A program made the translations under genes and the position numbers. The notes beneath the pieces are model-generated. The model was not told where the DNA came from. It saw only the letters and a program-made list of their open reading frames with translations, and ran no database searches. This document shows, in pieces, positions 24,365 to 36,051 of a DNA stretch of 64,000 nt. Source of the stretch: Macrostomum lignano (lineage: Eukaryota); the NCBI GenBank assembly GCA_002269645.1, contig NIVC01003687.1, forward strand, positions 18,781 through 82,780, in the 5' to 3' direction. Numbering within the stretch: the first letter of the stretch is position 1; each line of letters begins with the position of its first letter.

Positions 24365-27300
24365 CTAGGCTGGCGAAGACTCCTGCGCACCGCTGTTGCC
24401 GCCTTTAGCGCAGTGGTGGCGCCGCTCGCGCATGAAGACGCGGAAGCGGCCGGGGTCCGCCAGATCTGGCTGCACATGCAGCGTGTACTTTGACTCGCTC
24501 TCCATCTGTGCGACCATCTGGTGAGAGAGTGGAGAAATAAATATTATATGTTTAGACCCGATAAGCTCTTCTCGGTACTCGATAAATAGATTGGCAGTTG
24601 GATGAGTAGATTAGCAGTTGGATAAGTAGATTGGCAGTTGGATAAGTAGATTGGCAGTTGGATAAGTAGATTGGCAGTTGGATAAGTAGATTGGCAGTTG
24701 GATAAGTAGATTGGCAGTTGGATAAGTAGATTGGCAGTTGGATAAGTAGATTGGCAGTTGGATAAGTAGATTGGCAGTTGGATAAGTAGATTGGCAGTTG
24801 GATAAGTAGATTGGCAGTTGGATAAGTAGATTGGCAGTTGGGTGAGTAGATTTGCATTTATATAAGTAAATTAGCAGATAGATGAGCCTATTGGTAGATG
24901 GATGGGAAGATAAAGATTTCGTTTTATTTGTAAAATAAGTTGCAGCACCACCACTTTCGAGTCTGGCTCACCTCATCTGTAATGCACACGGCAATGCTGG
25001 TTGGGCCATAGACAAGCACCTGAGAGATCTTGTCGCCGTCAGCTTGAAACAGGCTGGTGATTCGGTTGAACAGTTCCTCGTAGGTGAGCTGGGACAGGTA
25101 GACTGGGTGGAACACTGCAGTGGGCGGGATTGAGAACAGTGGGTTGTAGGACAAATCTCAGGCAGTGTGTAACTAGAGTCTCAGGCAGTGTGTGACTGGA
25201 GTCTCAGGCAGTGTGTGACTGGAGTCTCAGGCAGTGTGTGACTGGAGTCTCAGGCAGTGTGTGACTGGAGTCTCAGGCAGTGTGTGACTGGAGTCTCAGG
25301 CAGTGTGACTGGAGTCTCAGGCAGTGTGACTGGAGTCTCAGGCAGTGTGTGACTGGAGTCTCAGGCAGTGTGACACAAAGTGTACTATTAGCACAAAACG
25401 TGGCACCACTTGCACCGATCCTGGCTAACCAGTGTACCAAAACTATTTAGCTATTCGGGCCGAAAAGCCCGACTGTGGCGCCACCCAATCCGTCACACCT
25501 GGCCGCACAGAAAAGGTCGCTAAACAGGCTTATCTCAGCTGAGAATTTGCACACGGATTGGCTGGCCTGGGCCCATATAGGACACTCGTGGCCGCACAAA
25601 GAAAGGCCAGCTTATCGGTCAAAGCCGGGGGCTGACGCAGACAAGAGAATAGAGAAATACTTGCAGACAAACTATACAAGTCCGGCTGTTCGAGTTTGAA
25701 AAACAACATAACTTTTTCAAGTACAGACATAAACTTTAAATACCAAAAAACAGTACAGTGAACTGAAGGTTGGTACATTTGTAAGAGTAAGGCGGTGAGG
25801 AGAGGAGTGGGAGTCGAGAGGGTTGGGGGCGAGTTAGGTAGAGGAACTCAGGCGGAGGGGAGTCAGGCGGAGGGGAGTCAGGCGGAGGGGAATCAGGCGG
25901 AGGGAAGTCAGGCGGAGGGGAATCAGGCGGAGGGGAGTCAGGCGGAGGGGAGTCAGGTAGAGGGGAGTCGGCGGGGAGGAGTCAGGAGGGGAGTCAGGCG
26001 GGGAGGAGTCAGAAGGGGAGTCAGGCGGGAAGCAGTCAGGAGGAGGGGAGTCAGGCGGGGAGGAGTCAGGACGGGAGTCAGGCTGTGGGGAGTCAGGCGG
26101 AGGGGAGTCAGGCGGCGGGGGGTCAGGCGCAGGGGAGTCAGGCGGAGGGGAGTCAGGTGGAGGGGAGTCAGGCGGAGGGGAGTCAGGCGGAGGGGAGTCA
26201 GGCGGAGGGGAGTCAGGCGGAGGATAGTCAGGCGGAGGGGAGTCAGGCGGAGGATAGTCAGGCGGAGGGGAGTCAGGCGGCGGGGTGTCAGGCATAGGGG
26301 AGTCAGGTGCAGGGGAGTCAGGCCATGAGCTCACCGCTGTCAGTCTCCTGGCTGACGAAGAAGACGAGCCGGGAGCGGCAGGGGCGCTGCAGGATGGCGT
26401 TGGCCAGGCGGATGCCCTCCCCCACGCCGCAGATTTCGGTCAAGTCATTGCGGGACAGCCGCAGCAGGTCGTAGCCGGAGAAGTTCTTGAAGACGCCAGT
26501 CAGCGTGTTGAACCGCTGGCGGCGCAGCCAGTCGGCCACCTGGCGGGGCGAGCAGTTCGCGGTCAGTTCCGTCACCGACGGCTCTGCTTGGCTCAGCGGC
26601 TGCGGCGGCGGCGGAGGCGGGAGCGGCGGCGGCGGCGGCGGCGGCGGCGTGGGCTCCAACTGAGGACTTCTCGGCGAGGCGGTCGAACCCGACAGCGGTG
26701 GGCTGGGCGCTGCGCCGTTGCTGACGATGACGCCGCGTGGACGGCCCGGCCCGCTGGGCGGGTGGCTGCCAGGGGCGAGTGTGGTCGAGCTGGCGAGCGA
26801 GGGATCGTTTGAAGATTGTTAGTTTGATGGGTAGATTGGTAGTTGGATGGGTAGATTGGTAGTTGGATGGGTAGATTGGTAGTTGGATGGGTAGATTGGT
26901 AGTTTGATGGGTAGATTGGTAGTTGGATGGGTAGATTGGTAGTTGGATGGGTAGATTGGTAGTTGGATGGGTAGATAGGTATTTTGATAAGTAGATTGGT
27001 AGTTTGATGGGTAGATTGGTAGTTGGATGGGTAGATTGGTAGTTTGATAAGTAGATTGGTAGTTTGATGGGTAGATTGGTAGTTTGATGAGAAGATTGGT
27101 GGTTTGATGAGTAGATTGGCAGTTGGATGGGCAGATTGGCAGTTGGGTTGGCAGATTGGCAGAAATAACCGTTGGCTCACATAGCGATGGGTCCCTGCTG
27201 TCTCAGCTGCTTTGTCGGAGGCGCCGCAGTCTGCTGCTCAAGGGAGTCGGCCGCGGCCACCGTCAGGAAAGGCGTGTAGGGCAGCGGAGTCTGGTACTTG

Positions 27301-30300
27301 CCGCCGTGGTCGCCGCGCCTCTCCATCTTCTCCCTGTCAGTTTTGTGCTTCCTGTCCGCGCCCTTGGGCTTGAACACTTTCACCTGGGCTGCGCAGGTGC
27401 ACAGGTGCTCGCCGGTGACCTGGTCGGAGGTGTCAATCTGCAGACGGAACGGGACGCCCTTCTCGCCGCCGTGCTTTCTGGCGGTGAATTCGGTGCTGAC
27501 GCAGTGCAAACGGAGAAACAGTCCGCAGTCCGAGCCGGACACGGAGCTGGCGGTGAGCGGAGTGGGGGGCGGCGCCGGCTGCAGAATCATGGCGCACCTG
27601 ACCGATGGCCTTCCATAATGTGTCAAATAAAGCCAAAAATATTCACAGAGTTACTGGAGATTTATTAAATAGCGCCTGAAATTCGTTTCTGAAGTTAAAA
27701 GTAAAAAACGGCAAAATCATTGTTAGAAATCCGACCGATCGAAAACTGCCTGAAACACACGACTGGACCCCTGAAACACACGACTGGACCCCTGAAACAC
27801 ACGACTGGACCCCTGAAACACTCGACTGGACCCCTGAAACACACGACTGGACCCCTGAAACACACGACTGGACCCCTGAAACACACGACTGGACCCCTGA
27901 AACACACGACTGGACCCCTGAAACACACGACTGGACCCCTGAAACACACGACTGGACCCCTGAAACACACGACTGGACCCCTGAAACACACGACTGGACC
28001 CCTGAAACACAAGACTGGACCCCTGAAACACACGACTGGACCAATGAAACACACGACTGGACACCTGAAACACACGACTGGTCCCCTGAAACACACGACT
28101 GGACCCCTGAAACACAAGACTGGACCCCTGAAACACAAGACTGGACCCCTGAAACACACGACTGGACCCCTGAAACACACGACTGGACCCCTGAAACACA
28201 CGACTGGACCCCTGAAACACAAGACTGGACCCCTGAAACACACGACTGGACCAATGAAACACACGACTGGACACCTGAAACACACGACTGGTCCCCTGAA
28301 ACACACGACTGGACCCCTGAAACACAAGACTGGACCCCTGAAACACAAGACTGGACCCCTGAAACACACGACTGGACCCCTGAAACACACGACTGGACCC
28401 CTGAAACACACGACTGGACCCCTGAAACACACGACTGGACCCCTGAAACACACGACTGGACCCCTGAAACACACGACTCGACCCCTGAAACACACGACTG
28501 GACCCCTGAAACACACGACTGGACCCCTGAAACACACGACTGGACCCCTGAAACACACGACTCGACCCCTGAAACACTCGACTGGACCCCTGAAACACAC
28601 GACTGGACCCCTGAAACACACGACTGGACCCCTGAAACACACGACTGGACCCCTGAAACACACGACTCGACCCCTGAAACACACGACTGGACCCCTGAAA
28701 CACACGACTGGACCCCTGAAACACACGACTGGACCCCTGAAACACACGACTGTACCCCTGAAACACACGACTGGTCCCCTGAAACACACGACTGGACCCC
28801 TGAAACACATGACTGGACCCCTGAAACACACGACTGGACCCCTGAAACACAAGACTGGACCCCTGAAACACACGACTGGACCCCTGAAACAAACGACTGG
28901 ACTTCTAAAATAAGACTGGACCCTTTAAAACACACAAAGATCCTAAAAGAGAAGACACCCTGAAAACACAAACATGACCTTAAACAGTGAAACACACAAC
29001 AGACCTCACTGAAACACACAACAGACCCCACTGAAACACACAACAGACCCACTGAAACACACAACAGACCCACTGAAACACACAACAGACCCCACTGAAA
29101 CACACAACAGACCCACTGAAACACACAACAGACCCCACTGAAACACACAACAGACCCCACTGAAACACACAACAGACCCCACTGAAACACACAACAGACC
29201 TCACTGAAACACACAACAGACCCCACTGAAACACACAACAGACCCACTGAAACACACAACAGACCCACTGAAACACACAACAGACCCCACTGAAACACAC
29301 AACAGACCCCACTGAAACACACAACAGACACCACTGAAACACACAACAGACCTCACTGAAACACACAACGGACCCCACTGAAACACACAACAGACCCCAC
29401 TGAAACACACAGCAGACCCCACTGAAACACACAACAGACCTCACTGAAACACACAACGGACCCCACTGAAACACACAACAGACCCACTGGAACACACAAC
29501 AGACCCCACTGAAACACACAACAGACACCACTGAAACACACAACAGACCTACTGAAACACACAACAGACCCACTGAAACACACAACAGACCTACTGAAAC
29601 ACAACAGACCCACTGAAACACACAACAGACCCACTGAAACACACAACAGACCTACTGAAACACACAACAGACCCCACTGAAACACACAGCAGACCCCACT
29701 GAAACACACAACAGACCTCACTGAAACACACAACGGACCCCACTGAAACACACAATAGACCTCACTGAAACACACAACAGACCTCACTGAAACATAACAG
29801 ACCTCACTGAAACACACAACAGACCTCACTGAAACACACAGCAGACCTCACTGAAACACACAACAAACACACAGCAGACCCCACTGAAACACAACAGACC
29901 CACTGAAACACAACAGACCTCACTGAAACACACAACCGACCTCACTGAAGCACACAACAGACCTCACTGAAGCACACAACAGACCTCACTGAAGCACACA
30001 ACCGACCTCACTGAAGCACACAACAGACCCACTGAAACACACAACCGACCTCACTGAAACACACAACAGACCTCACTGAAGCACACAACAGACCCACTGA
30101 AACACACAACCGACCTCACTGAAACACACAACAGACCTCACTGAAGCACACAACAGACCCACTGAAACACACAACAGACCCCACTGAAACACACAACAGA
30201 CCCCACTGAAACACCCAGCAAACACACAGCGGACCTCCAGAACCCCATCACCGCAACCCACCCCTCGCCACCGCCCTCCCAGACGGCCTCCACAGTGCTG

Positions 30301-32990
30301 ATGTCCGCCTGAGAGGCTTTGAGATCGCGAAGGCCGTAGGACAGCGCAGCGTCAGCGTCCAGGATGCGCTCGCCAGGCCGGCTGTGGCGCCAGTAGTCCA
30401 GGTGCTCCCTCTCCATGAACTGCATTCGCCGCTCGTGAAAGCTGACCCGGAATACGCTCTGAGGGATTGCCGCGTTATTGGCGAACCGCTCGCTCGCTTT
30501 CTCTAATCTCGGGAAATCTCCCTGTGCAGCAAGCAGCTTCGGTTGTTTCACCTCACTGTTCCACTCAGAAAGTCCCTGCATCACACTGAACTCGCACCAA
30601 TCTTCACCTCACACCAATCTCGTATCAACCTCACCTCCGTTTCACCTCAATATCATCTTCACCTCAGCTCCATTTCATCTTCATCTTATCTCAACCAAAC
30701 CTCAACCTCATCTCGACGCCTTCTTCATCTTACCTAAACTACATCTCAATCTCTAATCTCTATTTCATCTCACATAAATCTATATCATGATCTATATCAT
30801 AATTATCTAAATCATACATCACATGAATCTATATTTCACCCCACATCAACATTATCTCAATCTCGTCTCAATCTTTTCTCAATCTCATCCCAATCTAATC
30901 TCAATCTTCTCTATCTTATCTATCTCATCTCAATCTCATCTCAATCTCATCTCTAATTCATCCATTTCATCTCAATATCATATAAATCTAAGTATCTCTA
31001 TCTTTATCTTAATCTTATCTCTATCTCATTTATTGCATATCAACCTCATCTTACGAGATCGTAATCTTATCTCTATCTGATCTAAATCTCACCCAACCTA
31101 TATCTCATCTTGATCTTAGCACAGTCGCATCTGAATCTCATCTGAATCTCGCTGTGAATCTCACAGCAATCTCAGTATGATATTGATCACAGGTGTCCCC
31201 AACTCTCAGTGCCAGCAGGGCCGGCAGCACACACAGGCCCAAGTTCCCAATTCACTCACCCGGAGCAGCCTGGGCTTCTCCTGCGGTAGCGCGCAGTACG
31301 TGAGCTTGACCTCGTAGGCCTGGCCTGCATTGAAGTGGCGCGCAGACGGGAAACCAAAAAGTAAAAGTCAGCCAACTGTCACTCAGAGCGATCGCAATCT
31401 GCCCGCTTTAAAACCAATAATCAGTTTTCAATGGTTTAAAAGCGGCTCACTTTAGTGGCCCTGAAAATGGCAGTTGTTTGGAACTGGATAAAATCCCAAT
31501 TCCGAATGCCGCATTGCTACGAAATCCCCAATTCTGAATGGCCGAAAAACGAATTCGGTTTGATTTTGATTTTCTAATCATCAGGCATGTACACTCCGTG
31601 CTTTGAGGGTTGGCCCTCTTTAGGCTGCACAAGCCCTGCACAAGCACAAGCCCTAAATAAAAGTGCCCCCCCCCCCCCGAATGAGCTAAGTCCCGAATTC
31701 CATACAGTTCAAGTCCCGAATTCCAAACAGTCCAAGTCCCGAATTCCAAACAGTCCAAGTCCCGAAATCTAAACAGTCCCAAGTCCCGAGATCTAAACAG
31801 TCCAAGTCCCGAAATCTAAACAGTCCAAGTCCAGAGATCTAAACAGTCCAAGTCCAGAGATCTAAACAGTCCAAGTCCCGAAATCTAAACAGTCCAAGTC
31901 CAGAGATCTAAACAGTCCAAGTCCAGAGATCTAAACAATCCAAGTCCCGAAATCTAAACAGTCCAAGTCCCGAATTCCAAACAGACAGTCCAAGTCCCGA
32001 AATCTAAACAGTCCAAGTCCCGAAATCTAAACAGTCCAAGTCCAGAGATCTAAACAGTCCAAGTCCAGAGATCTAAACAGTCCAAGTCCAGAGATCTAAA
32101 CAATCCAAGTCCCGAAATCTAAACAGTCCAAGTTCCGAATCGAGAACATTCCAAGTCCCGAAATCTAAACAGTCCAAGTTCCGAATCGAGAACATTCCAA
32201 GTCCCGAAATCTAAACAGTCCCAAGTCCCCAAATCTAAACAGTCCCAAGTCCCGAAATCTAAACAGTCCCAAGTCCCGAAATCTAAACAGTCTCAAGTCC
32301 CGAAATCTAAACAGTCCAAGTCCCGAAATCTAAACAGTCTCAAGTCCCAAAATCCAAACAGTCCCAAGTCCAGAGATCCAAACAGTCCAAGTCCCGAAAT
32401 CTAAACAGTCCCAAGTCCCGAAATCTAGACAGCCTCAAGTCCCAAAATCTAAACAGTCCAAGTCCCGAATTCTAAATAGTCCCAAGTCCCGAATTCTATA
32501 CAGTCTAAGTCCCAAAATCCAAACAATCCAAGTTCCGAAATCCAAACAGCCCGAGTCCCGAAATCCAAACAGCCCGAGTCCCAAACCCCGTCAAAGACAC
32601 GGAAGCGAACCCGCGCCCACACCGGTCGCGCTCACCCTGGTTCAAGTAGGTCAGCGGCTCCTCGTTAATCCGTACAGCGGGCGACGTGCCGGCAGACAGG
32701 GAGAACTTCAACCGCTCGCCTCCAGCCGGCGGATCCCGACTGGCCGCTGCCGAGAGGTCGGCCTGCCCCAGAGAGCCGAGGCCGAGCTGCCGCTCCAACA
32801 GGGAGTAGCTGGGCGAGCCGCTGGCAGCGCCAGTTGGCAGAGCTCTGCTGCCACAATCGGGAGAAGCCGGTCCGATGTTGAAGCTGGCGGAGGACAGGTC
32901 CAGGCTGCTGAACCCGGTCAAGGAGCAGTCGAGGTGGCTCGCCAAGCCCCGATCAACCAGCTCGTCTACAGGCCAACCGTTGGCATTCAT
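24365..32990 (-). CDS. TFCP2: CP2/LSF-family (TFCP2/UBP1-like) transcription factor, 7 exons, ~577 aa
   Basis: Exons 32990-32636, 31324-31260, 30458-30262, 27546-27181, 26789-26335, 25114-24972, 24517-24365, all phases consistent. Motifs: LTYLNQG|[65 protein letters not shown] domain (WLRRQRF...[22 protein letters not shown]) and GPTSI..CITDE. Confidence 0.92.
24585..24850. repeat. 20-bp minisatellite (TTGGCAGTTGGATAAGTAGA)n
   Basis: TFCP2 intron 6. Confidence 0.95.
25155..25375. repeat. 23-bp minisatellite (GAGTCTCAGGCAGTGTGTGACTG)n
   Basis: TFCP2 intron 5, acceptor side. Confidence 0.93.
25845..26325. repeat. 15-bp minisatellite (GAGTCAGGCGGAGGG)n
   Basis: TFCP2 intron 5, donor side. Confidence 0.93.
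26820..27150. repeat. 20-bp minisatellite (TTGGTAGTTGGATGGGTAGA)n
   Basis: Fills TFCP2 intron 4. Confidence 0.94.
27750..28905. repeat. 21-bp minisatellite (CTGAAACACACGACTGGACCC)n
   Basis: About 55 copies; TFCP2 intron 3. Confidence 0.96.
28985..30215. repeat. 21/22-bp minisatellite (CTGAAACACACAACAGACCCCA)n
   Basis: TFCP2 intron 3; shares the CTGAAACACAC core with the adjacent array. Confidence 0.95.
30600..31170. repeat. Degenerate (ATCTCA)-like low-complexity tract
   Basis: TFCP2 intron 2. Confidence 0.7.
31705..32585. repeat. 23/24-bp minisatellite (AAGTCCCGAAATCTAAACAGTCC)n
   Basis: TFCP2 intron 1. Confidence 0.93.
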
Positions 32991-33180
32991 TGTTTGAGCC
33001 AATTCAAAACAATCTTTGTCAATTATTGTAGAAAGTCCCGTCTGCCTCCGACTCTGTGCAGCAAGAGAACCGAGCGAGCAAGTCGCGGTGCAGAGCAAAT
33101 CTGAATTGAGGAAAAAATCGCGTCTTAAAACGGGGCTGGCGCTTTCTGGCGCAGCGCTGCGCACTTAAATACTGGCAGCG

Positions 33181-33212
33181 GCCTTATCTGGCTTATCTGG
33201 CAATCCTTATCA
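33181..33212. promoter_or_regulatory. Cluster of three GATA-type motifs upstream of TFCP2
   Basis: CTTATCTG, CTTATCTG and CTTATCAG within ~30 bp, about 200 bp upstream of the inferred ATG (32990). Motif match only; function untested. Confidence 0.25.
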
Positions 33213-36051
33213 GCTAATGCTGATTGAATTTAGCAACAACACGAGCTGAGCTCTGGCACCGCAGTGTGGGCTAAGCCGCTAAGATTCAGTTTTCCTACAA
33301 GACTGTTTTTTTAACTAAATGGCCGGCAGATAACATCAACTGACAACTAAAGCGCTGGAATTCCATGTTGCTCCCGTCCCTCCCCTCTCTAACTCTCCCC
33401 AATGTTAAAGTTACGAAAAAATTCTTTAAAGACATGAACTGAGGTTAAAAAAAAACATTTTTAAGAACAATTGTTTAGGACGACTTAAGAGCAGATACTC
33501 GCCAATATTGGGACAAATTTCTAGAAGTCTGCCTTGACTCAATGCACCTACGAGTATGTGGACTGCGAGATCAAAGATCCCTTAGGAGAATAGGACCGCC
33601 TAAAGTGGTATGTAGGAGTAGAAAGTGAAGTTTACTTCCTGTTTAAGTGCAGTTGCAACTTTCACAGTGCTGCCCATGATAAATTTGAACTCAGAATTCA
33701 GAATTCAGAATTTTACTAAAAACCTTACTGCAGAGGATAAGTATTTTACCTAATCACTCAAGAAGATGGAGATGTAATGAAAATACTAGTAAAATTTATC
33801 AAAGACATAGCACAAGCTAGAATACAAATGCCCTGAGCCCTCACAAAAAGCTTGAATACTCAAGAATGTTTTTGAAAAAAAATTATTTACTATCTCTTTG
33901 TATTCACTTTTTTGCTATATTAATTAGTTTGCCTCAAATAATATCATGAAAGTCAATACCCTCAGCATTTAATAATAATGTTCACTAGGTTCCTCATGCC
34001 ACAGGCTTTTTGAAACATTGGGTATTGAAATAATTATGCATAAATTATTACCCTATTATCATAGGTCTAAAAAAATAACAAAGGGTGCTTTATAAATTAT
34101 TGAGAAGTTTTATGAAATATTGATTTGCTTTTTACTTGAGCTATTCAAATAAATACTTAATTGACAAAAATGAACATAAATTGCCAAGTTGCTTTCTATT
34201 AAAAAGTTGTTTTTTTCTATCTTTATGAGAAACAAAGCAGAAACCACAAGATCTCTAAATATATTAATTGATTTTAGCTCTTTCAATATTTGCAAAATTT
34301 TTAAATATATTTCATAGTGAATTCATAGTCAATTATAGTCATTATAGAACTATTATTAATATTATATCAAGATAAATAGCCTAAATACTCATATATTAAA
34401 GAAACATAGAATAGGACTAAAAGCTTATATTAAATGTTATAAATTGAATTTTATAAACTTTTATTGATTTGATTGATCTTATATACATCATTTATCTTTT
34501 AACTAGGCCTAACCAATTTTTCTATGATTCTATACTTTTAATAACTATAAGAAATAAAGTTAAAAAGCATTTAAAATATCATCATCACAAAAGTAACAAC
34601 ATTATAATTATAAATATATTTATAGTTTTATATTGATTAATAATGATTACAAACCTAAATTAAATATAGAATTTATTAGGCATTGAATTGTAGAAATTTA
34701 AACCTTTTAAAAATTTCTATTTCTAATATAGTTATAATAATATATAACTACTTATAAAATTCATAGCTATGTGGATATCCCAATTTAGATATTTAAACAA
34801 ATATTTGAAAGGGACCACTTATAAATTCTAAAAAAAATATCTAATATATAGACAATTATTAATGCTTATTATTGCTTAATGCTTAATGCTTTTTTAGACT
34901 AATGATTTAGACTAATATATATAACCTCCTAAATTTAATTGGTTAGTATACCAGTTTTCTTTAAAAGTGCAATATATTTATATCTATATAAGGAGTTTTT
35001 TGCAACATGGCTTTATTCTCGCTATAGTATAGTTATATAAAAAGCCTTTTTTCAATAACTTCTCTTATGTTTTTTGTATTTTTGCTTTGTTTATTCAGTT
35101 TTCTACTTTTTTGTTTTTCACTTCATTCCTTTGGCTTTATAACTTTTTAAGGCTTGATTGATTGATTGGTATTGCAATAAATTTGCTTTGAATAGTGTGA
35201 CAATAATCCCATATAATACTAGGATGGGGCTAGTAAAAACTGACCTTTATTTAGTATCTTTACCATTTGATTTAGTCAATAAAAGGAAAGCCCAAATATC
35301 AACAAAAATTTCAGATCTCTGTATTATTGTCCTTAGATTATTCAATATATTTCATATTCCAAGATTTTCCTGACTATATATATGGTAACCCTATCTACAT
35401 GTTGATTGTTGAGTATTTACTATTTTTAATAAAAACAGTTTTAGTAGCAAATAATTAAAGTATTCTAAAAGTTAGCACAAAAACTTTGAACTAATAGAAA
35501 TCTGTCCTTTTTATGAAATAAGCACTAGCTTATATTTATAATTATAAAATATAAGCCCTACATACATTAGCCAGGCCATGGCCTGGCCTAGAGTAGAGGT
35601 TTATTTCAGAAGAATTGAAGCTGTTTTGTTTAAATTAGTTAAACTAGAAAGCTATACCAAGTGAAAATGTTTTCATTATTTTTGTTTTGTCTAAATCCTA
35701 TCCTGCTAGCATAGAGTGGACTTATTAGTTTTTTTCTGGTTTTACGTCTTTTTTTCGAAAAAAATATGTGAGTTCTTGGAAAAAGGTGCATTTAAAATGT
35801 TACCATTTCTAATATATAACCTGTTTCTTTGAAAAAATATCTTAGCGAACATTTATAAAAACTAGTTAAGCATAGTAAAATATCCTTTGCTGCATTATCA
35901 GAATTATTCTTTTAGTCAGGCTTTGCTTTGTTCAAATGATTACTTTGACTAGTTACAAGAATCATTTGAATTCGAAATACACGAAACTAATTTATCGTTG
36001 ACCCCAGAAAAGAATCTCTTCGATGCCGTATTTGCGAGTTATGCTATAAAC

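Noticed and set aside
31403-31445. 14-bp-stem hairpin (CCGCTTTAAAACCA...TGGTTTAAAAGCGG)
   Set aside because: Isolated; no Helitron or MITE termini or second copy could be supported.
32991-33164. Upstream in-frame extension of TFCP2 exon 1 (MRSAAPES...)
   Set aside because: Similarity to the family begins at [10 protein letters not shown]; the extension starts at a non-ATG codon and is probably 5' UTR.
34110-35373. Short AT-rich ORFs in the CpG desert as transposase remnants
   Set aside because: No motif could be recognised with confidence; a tBLASTn or HMM search would be needed.
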